NCBI GenBank assembly: GCA_038247415.1
Contig: JBBRUX010000001.1
Coordinates: 64,001-128,000, forward strand
Length of the DNA: 64,000 bases
Reading direction: 5' to 3'
DNA from: Chitinivibrionales bacterium
Lineage (GTDB): Bacteria; Fibrobacterota; Chitinivibrionia; Chitinivibrionales; WJKA01
Part shown: positions 53,492 to 63,736 of the stretch, one piece after another
Layout of the letters: every line of letters starts with the position of its first letter
Position numbering within the stretch: position 1 is the stretch's first letter
Position numbers and translations under genes: made by a program
The notes under the pieces: model-generated
Told to the model about the DNA's origin: nothing
Databases searched by the model: none
Seen by the model: the letters and a program-made list of their open reading frames with translations, nothing else

Positions 53492-54570
53492 ACAGCGTAC
53501 AAAAGATCTTGCGCCTGGGTTATCACATCCATGAGTGGCAAATGATTAGGGCACCGGGTAGCACACAAACCGCACTTGACACATTTGTCTAGTCGCAAAC
53601 CCTCTTCCCATTGTTTTTCCACAAAAGCCTGTTTTGCCTGCGCCATGCCCATATATTTAAAGAGGTTATAGTACGAAAGACTCGCACCAAGATTAATATT
53701 CTGTGGACATGGCATGCAATAACCGCAGGCAGTACAACGCGCCTCGGTAGGATTAATCAGGGAATTGACTTCTGCTAAAACTGCTTCGGTGGTACGCAAT
53801 GGCACAGCATATTTTTTCTGCATCGCAGCTGCATAATCAACCTCTGTGGTATTAGCCATACCAGGAAGAATGTGCACATTGTCAAAACCCATTAAAAACT
53901 CGAACGCAAGCTCTGCAAGCCGCGGATTTTTTCCCAAAAAGCCACCGGCAAGGGGATTCATGGCTATAACAGCAATGCCATTGCGCGCACAATATTCAAC
54001 AGTACGCATACGGGTAGTATTAATAATATTTAAAGGGATGGTGACTGTTTCGAATCGGCCACTTTCAAGGAAATGAATGATCGTGTCGTTATCGGCATGG
54101 GTAGTAATGCCAACATGATCAAATTTACCTTCGGATCGCAATTGGTCAACAGCTTCAAACCATCCTCCAGGTTTTTGAGCTTCTGTAAACTGTTCGCGCG
54201 TATGAGTTGTCCACAAATGATAATAATCGACGCGATCCATGGCAAGTCGCGACAACGACTGATTAAATACCTGACGTAGCTGTGCTGCTGTTCTTACACC
54301 AAATCCACCCGATGGGTTAAAATCACCAAGCTCAAGGCCCCCATTACCCACAGCACATTTTGTTGACACAAGAATACGTTTGCGGTATGAGGCCTCTGCC
54401 AATGCAGTACCAATCCAGCTTTCGGAGTTTTCTTCTTCGCTTTGATTGCAATAACAGGGGGATGTATCGATATAATTAAACCCATTATCAATTGCCCGAT
54501 GTATCACATCCCCCGCTGTGGACCTGCTTATAAATCGCATACCACCCATAATTATTTTAGAAATTTGCAT
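53488..54570 (-). CDS. Aldo/keto reductase with C-terminal 4Fe-4S dicluster
   Basis: GGMRF, GFNYIDTS..Y, STK, AMNPLAGG, CTACGYCMPCP, CVKCGLCATRCP; GGAG RBS before ATG 54570. Confidence 0.88.
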   Translation of the reverse strand: MQISKIIMGGMRFISRSTAGDVIHRAIDNGFNYIDTSPCYCNQSEEENSESWIGTALAEASYRKRILVSTKCAVGNGGLELGDFNPSGGFGVRTAAQLRQVFNQSLSRLAMDRVDYYHLWTTHTREQFTEAQKPGGWFEAVDQLRSEGKFDHVGITTHADNDTIIHFLESGRFETVTIPLNIINTTRMRTVEYCARNGIAVIAMNPLAGGFLGKNPRLAELAFEFLMGFDNVHILPGMANTTEVDYAAAMQKKYAVPLRTTEAVLAEVNSLINPTEARCTACGYCMPCPQNINLGASLSYYNLFKYMGMAQAKQAFVEKQWEEGLRLDKCVKCGLCATRCPNHLPLMDVITQAQDLLYAV

Positions 54571-54660
54571 CCCGCACTCCTTGAGCTTTTTTGTGTCAAA
54601 AACTTTATGTATAAAATACTCTGACGTACTTATGAATACATCATTGTATTTTTCAACACC

Positions 54661-55614
54661 ATGCAAAATTTCAACCTCTTTAAAAACAAACTCATTTCTG
54701 CACCCCTTGCCGGAATAACAGACTCGGTATTTAGGCAAATATGCAAAAGCCATGGGGCCGATATGGTTGTATCCGAGATGGTTAGTGTTGAAGGATTAAT
54801 CCGCAACGCCCCCAACACAGACTCCCTTCTGGCCTTTGAGCCAATGGAACGACCCTTAGGTATCCAGCTTTTTGGGGGCGATCCTGCATCATTTGAAACT
54901 TCTGTTAAAATTCTTGCCGATACAATAGTACCCGATTTTATAGATCTTAACAGTGGCTGCCCTGTTCCCAAGGTAATTAAAAAGAATGGTGGCGCGGCGC
55001 TTTTGCGCGATGCCCCCCGGTTTGCAGCCATAGTTCGCGCAATGGTAAAGTCTTCATCAATTCCTATTTCGGTAAAAATTCGCTGTGGCTGGCATGCCGG
55101 AGACTATGTAGATGTCGAGTTTGCAAAAATTGCCGAAAGTGAAGGAGCGAGTGCGGTTGTGCTGCACCCCCGATTCAGAAGCCAGATGTTTAGCGGAAAA
55201 GCCGACTGGAACCGTATTGCAGTAGTCAAAGATGCACTTTCGATTCCGGTTGTTGGCAATGGAGATATTGTTACACCACACGATGCGATTGCCATGCATG
55301 CCCAAACAAACTGCGACTCGATCATGATTGGCAGAGGCATTTTGGGGCATCCTTGGCTTTTCAATCAGATAAAAGCACTGAGAAACAACGAATCACCAGA
55401 GCCTCCAAACAATGCTCATAAACGTGGGGTAGCGCTTGCTCATTTGAAAAGACATACGGAACTCTATAGCGAACGATCTGCTATTCGGGAATGGAAAAAA
55501 CACGCTGCATGGTATATACGAGGATGCCCCGAAGCCGCAATCTTAAGGGGTAAAGCATTTTCGGCACATTCCCTCGCCACGCTTACCGAGGTGATGTGTA
55601 AGGCTTTTGAATAG
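54661..55614 (+). CDS. dusB: tRNA-dihydrouridine synthase
   Basis: APLAGITD, QLFG, DLNSGCP, KIR.GW, HPR, GNGDI, MIGRG. Confidence 0.92.
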   Translation: MQNFNLFKNKLISAPLAGITDSVFRQICKSHGADMVVSEMVSVEGLIRNAPNTDSLLAFEPMERPLGIQLFGGDPASFETSVKILADTIVPDFIDLNSGCPVPKVIKKNGGAALLRDAPRFAAIVRAMVKSSSIPISVKIRCGWHAGDYVDVEFAKIAESEGASAVVLHPRFRSQMFSGKADWNRIAVVKDALSIPVVGNGDIVTPHDAIAMHAQTNCDSIMIGRGILGHPWLFNQIKALRNNESPEPPNNAHKRGVALAHLKRHTELYSERSAIREWKKHAAWYIRGCPEAAILRGKAFSAHSLATLTEVMCKAFE

Positions 55615-55652
55615 CATAAGCCACACAAGTGCGCCTTGCAAGGCGCACGTAC

Positions 55653-55694
55653 AAAAAAAAGGCCCCAGATCCAAAGGATCTGGGGCCTTTTTTT
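55653..55694. terminator. Bidirectional intrinsic terminator
   Basis: aaaaggccccagatcc-aaa-ggatctggggcctttt; a second hairpin gtgcgccttgcaaggcgcac at 55629-55648. Confidence 0.88.
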
Positions 55695-55716
55695 AATTAT
55701 GCTTTAGGGAAAAATA

Positions 55717-56766
55717 TTACTGAAAATACTTTTCTGACAAGTGACCATCGGTACGATAGATAATCTTTTTAACAGCAGCATCGAGTGGTGGAAATGAAAG
55801 CACAAGTTTTGTGGTTTCTTTCTTCTGTTCGAGAAATTCTGGTTCGATCTTGCTTGAAGGAAGTGCTGCAACTTCTTTGCCATTGATATCAACTAAATAA
55901 AAATCCTTAGCATACAACCGCAGAGGATTATACGAAAAGTTGATCATATTGACAAAATAGGTGCTTTTGAGCATCGAAGAAATCTTGATGTGAATATCAT
56001 TTATTGCGATTTTGCGATAAATACTCGTGTCACCCAAGTCATCTAATACTGCATCGTAAGCACTGTAATAGCTCACCGTTTCTTTGCGAGTTTTGGCAAG
56101 AAGCGAATCGGCTTCTGCATTTTTTGCATCAAACAAAAGAACCATCTTAAGACCGTATTCGGCTTTAATAAGAGCACGAGCCTTAACATCCTTATCTTTT
56201 TCATCTGCTATTGAAGCTATATCGCTCTTTGCCATTTCGAGTTGTTCAACAATAATCCTCTGGAGCATAGCCGATTTACGCGCTGCAATAGCCGTAGGAT
56301 CAACTGCAACCCCAGCAGCCTTATCTGCAAATGCAACAGCATCGGAAACTTTACCGTGTGCAAACTGCGAATCGGCCATAGTTACTAAAAAGAGCGCATA
56401 TTTCTGCTTGAGATCGGGAGTAACCTCTGGTGTAATAAGACTATCGATATCCAGAATAAAAAATGAGAGCGCGCCCATACCGGAACTACCATCAGCAAGC
56501 ATCAGGTCTCCGCGATTTACGGTTGTCTCGATAAATCGATTGCGAAGACGTGTATTAATAAGTGCTTTATTGCGAAACTTTTTAGTCGCTTGCAGATAAT
56601 TTACATACGCCTGCTTTTCAAGAAGCCGTTTCTGCGCGCCACTCGAGCCTTTCGCACGATTATATGCAGAATCTCCGTCACCTTCAAAATTAACCCCGCA
56701 CGATACAACCATCATCAAAGCGCTTAACCCGATCACCACTTTGCCAAACGTTCCAAACAACTTCAT
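55717..56766 (-). CDS. Hypothetical lipoprotein (helical, TPR-like)
   Basis: GGAGG RBS, signal ending VVSC, Ala-rich helices. Confidence 0.7.
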   Translation of the reverse strand: MKLFGTFGKVVIGLSALMMVVSCGVNFEGDGDSAYNRAKGSSGAQKRLLEKQAYVNYLQATKKFRNKALINTRLRNRFIETTVNRGDLMLADGSSGMGALSFFILDIDSLITPEVTPDLKQKYALFLVTMADSQFAHGKVSDAVAFADKAAGVAVDPTAIAARKSAMLQRIIVEQLEMAKSDIASIADEKDKDVKARALIKAEYGLKMVLLFDAKNAEADSLLAKTRKETVSYYSAYDAVLDDLGDTSIYRKIAINDIHIKISSMLKSTYFVNMINFSYNPLRLYAKDFYLVDINGKEVAALPSSKIEPEFLEQKKETTKLVLSFPPLDAAVKKIIYRTDGHLSEKYFQ

Positions 56767-56844
56767 GGAGCCCTCCTTAAAAATGAATAACATAAAGATG
56801 TTTTATTCCCTCAAAGGTGTCAACAGGAATACTATTTTTGCTAA

Positions 56845-58179
56845 ATGATGAATACAATTTCTACGCCAGAACTCGACGCCGCAACTCAAATTGTGCGTAT
56901 TCTCACGCAAAACGGCTATAAAGCACTTTTTGCTGGAGGCTGCGTGCGCGACAGACTTCTGGGGAATTCCTCAAGTAGCGACATCGACATCGCAACCAAT
57001 GCCACGCCCTCCACCATAGCGTCGCTCTTTGCCCACGTCATTGGAGTTGGAGAAGCATTCGGCGTTATGCTCGTTATGATCGATGGAATGCCCTTTGAAG
57101 TTGCCACGTTTCGTAGCGACATTGGCATCTCCGACGGCCGCCATCCTGCGTCAGTTGTCTTTACTGATGATATAACCGATGCCAAACGCCGCGACTTTAC
57201 CATCAATGGAATGTTTTACGATCCACTTACCGATACAATATTAGATTATGTAGATGGTCAAAAAGATCTGGCGCAAGGAATAATAAAAGCTATTGGGGAT
57301 CCAACGCTCCGGTTTTCGGAGGATTACCTTCGAATGCTACGGGCAGTCCGTTTTGCAACACGGTTTAATTTTATCCTCGAAGAAAAAACGCGCGATGCGA
57401 TTGTGCCTTTAGCCGCTCGCATAACCAGTATCTCAGCCGAAAGAATTTTCACCGAACTCACCAAAATGATTACAGGGCCTACACCCAATAAAGCAATTGA
57501 GCTCTTAGATACCACGGGTCTGCTCCCTCACATTCTTCCCGAAGTTGCAGCACTCAAGGGCGTGACTCAGCCAGAAGCATATCACCCCGAAGGCGATGTC
57601 TTGGTTCACACGATAATAGCACTGAGCCACATTAAAGACCCGACCCCGACGCTTGCCTGGGCAACCCTATTGCACGATATTGGCAAACCTAAAACTCGCA
57701 CCGTTACCGATAGAATCCGGTTTAATAATCACGATCACGTTGGTGCGCGTATGGCTCAAGATTTACTTTTACGACTTAAGGCCCCAACCGCTCTTATTGA
57801 TTCAGTTGTGGCATGTATCGACAATCACATGAATTTCATCAACGTTACCAATATGCGGCTCTCTACGCTCAAACGTTTTTTATCGCGTTCCACCCTACCC
57901 GACGAACTCGACCTTCACAAAGCGGATTGCGCAGCTTCACATGGAGATATAAGCAACTATACCTTTCTCGTTGCGCAAAAAGAAGCCATGGGCCCTGAAG
58001 TTTTTTCCCCTCCCCCTCTTATCCGGGGTGCCGATCTTATTTCCCTGGGGCTCAAGCCTGGCCCGCTGTTTGGGAGTATACTTTCGGAAGTGTATGATTT
58101 GCAGCTTGAGAATGAATTACTAACTAAAGATGCTGCAATTAGGTTTGTGGTTCAAAATTTCTGTCAAGAACAAATATAA
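56845..58179 (+). CDS. cca: CCA-adding tRNA nucleotidyltransferase with HD domain
   Basis: GGCVRD, DIDI, RRDFTIN, EDYLRMLRAVRF, HPEGDV, LLHDIGKP; lacks the poly(A) polymerase G(R/K)RF signature. Confidence 0.85.
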   Translation: MMNTISTPELDAATQIVRILTQNGYKALFAGGCVRDRLLGNSSSSDIDIATNATPSTIASLFAHVIGVGEAFGVMLVMIDGMPFEVATFRSDIGISDGRHPASVVFTDDITDAKRRDFTINGMFYDPLTDTILDYVDGQKDLAQGIIKAIGDPTLRFSEDYLRMLRAVRFATRFNFILEEKTRDAIVPLAARITSISAERIFTELTKMITGPTPNKAIELLDTTGLLPHILPEVAALKGVTQPEAYHPEGDVLVHTIIALSHIKDPTPTLAWATLLHDIGKPKTRTVTDRIRFNNHDHVGARMAQDLLLRLKAPTALIDSVVACIDNHMNFINVTNMRLSTLKRFLSRSTLPDELDLHKADCAASHGDISNYTFLVAQKEAMGPEVFSPPPLIRGADLISLGLKPGPLFGSILSEVYDLQLENELLTKDAAIRFVVQNFCQEQI

Positions 58180-58206
58180 GATTAAGAATTTAAAGAATTA
58201 AGATTT

Positions 58207-58494
58207 AAAGGGCTCGGTAGCCCTTTAAATCCAACTTGGAAAATGCTTTCCTTGATAGCCCAACCCCCTACCCCCACACTTGGGGTTTACAAAACATAAG
58301 AGAATACTTATGATTCCTGTGCGGGTTTTGTAGTGCTCTTATGCACGAGGGAGGACTGAAAGGTGACGGCCAAACGGAGTGCGGCTATCCGTCTGAAGAG
58401 ACCCAGGCACGCAGTGCCGTAGGGATTGACAGACCGGCTCATGAAGCGGGGGCCTGAAAGGAGGCCCGACGGCGCTCTTGGCGCCGGCGTGCCC
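58207..58494. repeat. Structured intergenic repeat (copy B)
   Basis: Shares modules with 2758..3107; 40/44 identity in the core. Confidence 0.85.
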
Positions 58495-58582
58495 AGATTC
58501 TTATTCTTTTATATTTTTATTTCTTAAATTTAATACAACTTCACCCTCTTCATTTTAATATTTTAATGATACACTTAATTTC

Positions 58583-58597
58583 TGGCACAATAATTGT
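58583..58597 (+). promoter_or_regulatory. Putative sigma-54 -24/-12 site upstream of rpoN
   Basis: TGGCAC-AATAA-TTGT versus consensus TGGCAC-N5-TTGC. Confidence 0.5.
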
Positions 58598-58633
58598 TTG
58601 TTACTTTGATAATCTTGCAGGTGAGGTTTTCGC

Positions 58634-60094
58634 GTGAATCTTAGTCTTGACATGTCTTTAAGGCTTCAGCAGAAGCTTTCGTTTCAAATGATCCAGTCTC
58701 TCAAGCTGTTGCAAGTAAACACCTTACAGCTCGAGCAGTTGATGCGCACCGAAATGGAACTTAATCCCATACTGGAACTCTCCGACGACTTAGATGTTGA
58801 ACAAGAAACCGAGCAAGAACTCGACGAAAACAAGGAAGACGAAAAAGCCGATAAAGAAGAAGTAGCAGAAAAGACGGACGAACCTCTCGAAGAATTAGAG
58901 GCTGCCGAAGATAAAATCGACTGGGAAGAATATTTAGACGAAGGGTTTGAGCTCTCCCCACGAACAGGCGAAGAAGAAAAACCCGATAGCGACAAGTGGG
59001 AATCTCCTGTTGTATATCAGCAATCGCTTATCGAATATTTAGAGAATCAGCTTGCCGAAAAATCTATGCCCGACGAGCAAAAGCTTCTTGTGCAGTTTCT
59101 CATTGGCTCGCTCGATTCTGATGGATATTTACGTATAAGTTTTGAGAATATCGCCGAAGTGGCCCACACATCTACGTATGATGTAATAGAAGCGCTCAAT
59201 ATTATTTGGAACATGGATCCTGCGGGTATCGGAGCACGGTCGCTGGCAGAATGCTTGAGTCTTCAGCTCAAAGCACGCAAACTCACCGATTCATTAGCCA
59301 TGCGCATTATTACCCAGGCGTGGGATTTGTTTGAAAAAGTGAAAATTCCTGATATTGCCCATCGACTGGGCGTTGACATGACAGAGCTTCAACAAGCTCT
59401 CGAAGTTATAAAAACGCTCAATCCAAAACCAGGATATTCTATAAGCCCCGAGCGCCCTGCTGTTATTATTCCCGATCTGATTGTAGAAAAAGTGGATGGC
59501 GAATTTATTGTTATGCTTAACGACCGCAGCATTCCCTCACTTCGAATCAATAAAGGGTACGCGCAGATGATCCGTAGGGGATCGACGGCCAAAGAAGATA
59601 TAAAAAAATATGTGCGCGAAAAATTAAATGGCGCAACATGGCTGATTCGATCTATCGAACAGCGAAAATCGACCATGATAAAAGTGATGTACGCTATTCT
59701 CGAAAAGCAAAAGATATTCTTTGAAAAAGGCCCGCCCAATTTGGCGCCGCTCAAGCTTCAAGATATTGCTGATATGATCAGTATGCATATATCAACGGTA
59801 AGCCGGGTAACCAGTAACAAATATGTGCAAACACCCCATGGCATTTACGAACTCAAGTACTTCTTTACAGAAGCTATGGGACAAGATTCCGAAGGCCTAG
59901 ACCTGAGTGCCGAGCGCATTAAAAATCGCATTAAGGAATTATGCTCGAGCGAGAATACTTCCAAACCCCTTTCGGACCAGAAGCTTTCGGATATTCTTGG
60001 GCGCGAAGGCATGACCGTAGCACGCAGAACAGTTGCCAAGTATCGTGAACAGCTCAAGATTCTTCCTGCTCGAATGAGACAAAAATATGCCTGA
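58634..60094 (+). CDS. rpoN: RNA polymerase sigma-54 factor
   Basis: Q/L-rich region I, DPAGIGAR, HISTVSR, RpoN box ARRTVAKYRE. Confidence 0.97.
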   Translation: MNLSLDMSLRLQQKLSFQMIQSLKLLQVNTLQLEQLMRTEMELNPILELSDDLDVEQETEQELDENKEDEKADKEEVAEKTDEPLEELEAAEDKIDWEEYLDEGFELSPRTGEEEKPDSDKWESPVVYQQSLIEYLENQLAEKSMPDEQKLLVQFLIGSLDSDGYLRISFENIAEVAHTSTYDVIEALNIIWNMDPAGIGARSLAECLSLQLKARKLTDSLAMRIITQAWDLFEKVKIPDIAHRLGVDMTELQQALEVIKTLNPKPGYSISPERPAVIIPDLIVEKVDGEFIVMLNDRSIPSLRINKGYAQMIRRGSTAKEDIKKYVREKLNGATWLIRSIEQRKSTMIKVMYAILEKQKIFFEKGPPNLAPLKLQDIADMISMHISTVSRVTSNKYVQTPHGIYELKYFFTEAMGQDSEGLDLSAERIKNRIKELCSSENTSKPLSDQKLSDILGREGMTVARRTVAKYREQLKILPARMRQKYA

Positions 60095-60992
60095 TCTACC
60101 TCCTAAAAACTCACTGCGCATGCCGGTTTGGCTCAAACGACACGTACCAAACTCGGGCAAAAAAGAAGCGGTGAGTTCCGAGATTGCGAAACGAAATTTA
60201 CATACGGTATGCGACGAAGCCAAATGCCCTAATCGCGGAGAGTGCTTTTCAAAAGGGACTGCAACATTTTTAATTCTTGGCGATGTATGCTCACGCAATT
60301 GTACTTTTTGCAGCGTCTCGCAAGGCATGCCAAAACCACCCGATCCCTTAGAGCCTCGTAATATCGTTGAAGCTGCGCTAACACTTCGGCTCACGTATGT
60401 CGTAATAACCTCTGTTACGCGCGACGACCTTCCCGATGGCGGGGCTCATCACTTCGCACACTGTATATCGAGTCTCAAAGAAACAATACCCGGAATAGGT
60501 GTAGAAGTACTGATCCCCGATCTCAAAGGAGACGCTCAGTCGCTTGACATTGTGCTTTGTGCAAAACCCGATGTCTTTAACCATAACATCGAAACGGTAC
60601 CATCGCTCTACCCAACAATTCGTCCAATGGCCGAATATAAACGGTCGCTTGACGTATTATCATATGCAGCACATTATGCTCTTCGTCCACACGTGAAATC
60701 GGGGCTTATGGTAGGGCTCGGAGAAACACCCTTTGAGGTTGAGAAAACACTGCGTGATATTTTTGCAGCAGGTGTCGACATCATCACCATCGGACAATAT
60801 CTCCGCCCTTCCCCAACTCGTGCGCCAGTGGTAGAATATATAACACCCGATCAATTCGATAGGTATGCGTCTTTATGCAAGGAAATAGGGTTTAAAAAAG
60901 TTTTTTGCGGTCCCTTTGTTCGATCCTCGTATCACGCGCAGGATATCGCATCGATGGCCGACAAAACAATTATTCAAGCATCGCCGATTTAA
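60087..60992 (+). CDS. lipA: Lipoyl synthase
   Basis: CDEAKCPNRGEC, CSRNCTFC, VITSVTRDDL, HNIETV, GQYL.P, VRSSY. Confidence 0.96.
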   Translation: MPDLPPKNSLRMPVWLKRHVPNSGKKEAVSSEIAKRNLHTVCDEAKCPNRGECFSKGTATFLILGDVCSRNCTFCSVSQGMPKPPDPLEPRNIVEAALTLRLTYVVITSVTRDDLPDGGAHHFAHCISSLKETIPGIGVEVLIPDLKGDAQSLDIVLCAKPDVFNHNIETVPSLYPTIRPMAEYKRSLDVLSYAAHYALRPHVKSGLMVGLGETPFEVEKTLRDIFAAGVDIITIGQYLRPSPTRAPVVEYITPDQFDRYASLCKEIGFKKVFCGPFVRSSYHAQDIASMADKTIIQASPI

Positions 60993-61014
60993 CCAATAGA
61001 AGAAAGGCTCGAAA

Positions 61015-61359
61015 ATGGAAATCCAAATCACCACTCGCCATGCTGCAACAAAGACATCTGATGGACTTAAGCAGACAATTATGGATGAGCTTGCAGGCGT
61101 AGAAAAATTTTACGACAAAATCACCTCGTGCCATGTCATTCTCGACTCGGAGTCAACCGATAAAACAGTCGAAATTGTAATGAATGTACAAAGCCACACC
61201 GTGACAGCTCTTGGCAAAGCGGAAAAAATTGGCAAAGCACTCGACGAAGCTCTCGAGAAGGTCTCTCGCCAGCTTAAAAAGATTAATGAGAAAGTTAAGA
61301 GCCATAAGGCTACAAAACCGGAATACGATACAATCGTTCCGATTCCAGACGAAGCATAA
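61015..61359 (+). CDS. hpf: Ribosome hibernation promoting factor (HPF/RaiA)
   Basis: MEIQITTRH, K..RQLKK..EK; located downstream of rpoN. Confidence 0.85.
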   Translation: MEIQITTRHAATKTSDGLKQTIMDELAGVEKFYDKITSCHVILDSESTDKTVEIVMNVQSHTVTALGKAEKIGKALDEALEKVSRQLKKINEKVKSHKATKPEYDTIVPIPDEA

Positions 61360-61382
61360 ACAAGCAGATCAATGATAAGAAC

Positions 61383-61411
61383 AAAAAAGGGGCCATCTGG
61401 CCCCTTTTTTT
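61383..61411. terminator. Intrinsic terminator
   Basis: aaaaaaggggcca-tc-tggcccctttttt. Confidence 0.85.
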
Positions 61412-61771
61412 ATTCCCGTGCCCCCCATTGCATCCTTAAATCTACTCGTACATTTAGATCCCAAATATTCTGTAAATAGAAAAAAAGATTCCCCTATCAA
61501 TTCACCAGTATAGAATATCGCCTCGAAGGGGATTTCCTATTAATGGATAGTATTTCTAAAAGCACTTATTTCAGAAATTTGGCTTAGGGGTGACTAAAAA
61601 AAAGATCCGCTGTTTTTTTTCATGTGAATGGTCAATATAGCTAGCAGACAGCTCGATAGAAAACAAAAAAAATTAGCGCAGATACAATCAAAGGGGATGA
61701 ATGATGATTGAGATATTGAGCGTATCTTAAAGCGATATTAAAATGTGCTTTCGTTCCTTGTAAACAAGCAT

Positions 61772-62560
61772 TTAATGACTATGAACATGACTCGTATGCA
61801 GGTGTCGATGCACGTGGGTGTGAATAAGATTATGGCTTTGGAGAAATGCAAAGTCGGTTAAAATCTCTTCTGGTTTACCACTGCGAATTATGGTCTTTTG
61901 TTCTCCAAACACATAAACGATATCGGCGATTTCTTCTACAATATGTAAATCATGCGACGCCATGACAACAGTCTTGCCGCTTTTATGCGCTTGGTACAGA
62001 ACTCCGATTATATCCCGCGTGGTTTGCGGATCGAGTCCCGCTGTTGGTTCATCAAGCAAAAGAACATCAGGTTCAATGATCAAGACCGATGCAATTGCGA
62101 CCTTTTTTTTCTCACCAATACTTAATTGATAGGGAGAGCGCTCAACCAGATGCTGGATGCGCATCTGTTCGACAACTGCCTCAAATCGTCTTATACTTTC
62201 TTCTTTAGGCACCCCTAGCTGCAATGGCCCAAAGAGGATATCTTCTTTTACAGTTGGGCAAAAAAGTTGGATATCGGGATTTTGAAACACATAGCCAACC
62301 TTGGTTCTAAAATCTTTTTGAACTAACGCATCATTCATTCCCCTCTCCGTCAACTCTTTCCCCCATGCATGCATCGTACCCGTATCTGCAAATATCAATG
62401 CATCGAGAAGAGCGAGCAGTGTTGATTTGCCCGTTCCATTTGCCCCAATAATAGCCACCCGATCGCCTTGGGCTATTTCCAAATTGATCTGGTGCAGAGC
62501 AGAAATACTCCCCGGATATGCGTAGGAGACATTTTTTAATGTGTAAATTGGTTCAGCCAT
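61772..62560 (-). CDS. cbiO: Co/Ni ECF transporter ATPase
   Basis: GANGTGKST, FQNPDIQLF, LSIGEKKK, LDEPTAGLD, His-rich tail. Confidence 0.88.
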   Translation of the reverse strand: MAEPIYTLKNVSYAYPGSISALHQINLEIAQGDRVAIIGANGTGKSTLLALLDALIFADTGTMHAWGKELTERGMNDALVQKDFRTKVGYVFQNPDIQLFCPTVKEDILFGPLQLGVPKEESIRRFEAVVEQMRIQHLVERSPYQLSIGEKKKVAIASVLIIEPDVLLLDEPTAGLDPQTTRDIIGVLYQAHKSGKTVVMASHDLHIVEEIADIVYVFGEQKTIIRSGKPEEILTDFAFLQSHNLIHTHVHRHLHTSHVHSH

Positions 62561-63396
62561 AAGGTTCCAATGAAAACGGTGCTTGAAAGTGCGAGTAGTA
62601 GGTAATCTTTGGGGCGTGCATGAAAGCTATTAAGGACCTGGGGTTCGCCTGTGTATCCTCGAGAAAGCATTGCGCTATAGACATGCGTTTGAAGCCGATA
62701 TGATTTAAGCCAAAGTCCAGCCATGTTAATGCCAACAATTCTGCGACCAGTTTTGGTTGACGTAACATATCCTACGCGGCTTTTAATGGCAACAAATGTA
62801 TTTTGTACTATATCAAGAAGAAGATAGATATAGCGATAGGTCATACCCATGGTCATTACAAAGAGTTGAGGAACCCGAAAGATCCGCAGAACTTTGAGCA
62901 GCACATGTTGCCGCGTGGTTAAAACAAGGAGTGTGGCAAATGACACAGAAGTAAGCACCCGCATAAAAAAGATTGCAGCAGAATCGATTCCTTGCCTGGT
63001 TATGCTCAGGTCAAATGAGAATACCTTAAAAGCATAAACCGGATCTCCCGGGGTAACATTATTAAAAATAGCGGGCAAAACTATAAACAGTGAGAATAGT
63101 GGAATGAAGAGGAGCGTACGCTTGAGAAAGAAACCAAGATGTATAGCAGACGCACTTGTCAAAATAAGGCAAGCCAGATACAAGAAACTCAACTGTAAAA
63201 TACTCTTTGTTAACAATATGCATCCAAGAAAGAGGAATATGCTTATGCATGTAAGCCTAGGATCACATCCTTGCAAGAGCCCTTTCCTCGAAGCAATTTC
63301 TTCATTGGATATAGTTTCTTTCAATAAAAAGATTATGCCTTGCAATGTGCGTTCAACAATCCCGTTTGTCTTAGTATGTGGCGCGGTCGTACACAT
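62536..63396 (-). CDS. cbiQ: Co/Ni ECF transporter T component
   Basis: GLLQ..DPR, TYRYI, AMLSRGY. Confidence 0.88.
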   Translation of the reverse strand: MCTTAPHTKTNGIVERTLQGIIFLLKETISNEEIASRKGLLQGCDPRLTCISIFLFLGCILLTKSILQLSFLYLACLILTSASAIHLGFFLKRTLLFIPLFSLFIVLPAIFNNVTPGDPVYAFKVFSFDLSITRQGIDSAAIFFMRVLTSVSFATLLVLTTRQHVLLKVLRIFRVPQLFVMTMGMTYRYIYLLLDIVQNTFVAIKSRVGYVTSTKTGRRIVGINMAGLWLKSYRLQTHVYSAMLSRGYTGEPQVLNSFHARPKDYLLLALSSTVFIGTLWLNQFTH

Positions 63397-63398
63397 TG

Positions 63399-63734
63399 CT
63401 AGTTTTCTTTTTTAGAAAGTATTGTACCGAGTAGATATGCGCCACCAACACAGAGCGCGATACCAATAATAGCAGACAGAATATACGCAAAACTCAAGTG
63501 TCCAAGCCCCTTTTCTTCCCAGCCTTTCAAAGCATAATCGGGGAGTATTGCATTCCATAGTGTCGAAAGTTTTTGCAATCCACTTGGTATATATCCAATC
63601 AAGCCCTGCATCTCATCTGCACCCCATTCTCCCCACGCTGATCCGGCTTTAAGTTTTTCTGGTAAGTAAAGACCAATGGGTGAAGCAACAGCTAGTATGC
63701 CAACTCCTATCCAAAGTTTGGTTATTGTTTTCAT
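63399..63734 (-). CDS. PDGLE-domain NikN/CbiN-like membrane component
   Basis: AWGEWG, LPDY, two TM segments. Confidence 0.75.
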   Translation of the reverse strand: MKTITKLWIGVGILAVASPIGLYLPEKLKAGSAWGEWGADEMQGLIGYIPSGLQKLSTLWNAILPDYALKGWEEKGLGHLSFAYILSAIIGIALCVGGAYLLGTILSKKEN

Positions 63735-63736
63735 TC

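Noticed and set aside
61412..61771. AT-rich gap between hpf and cbiO as ncRNA or gene
   Set aside because: No ORF, repeat or recognisable structure that I can support.
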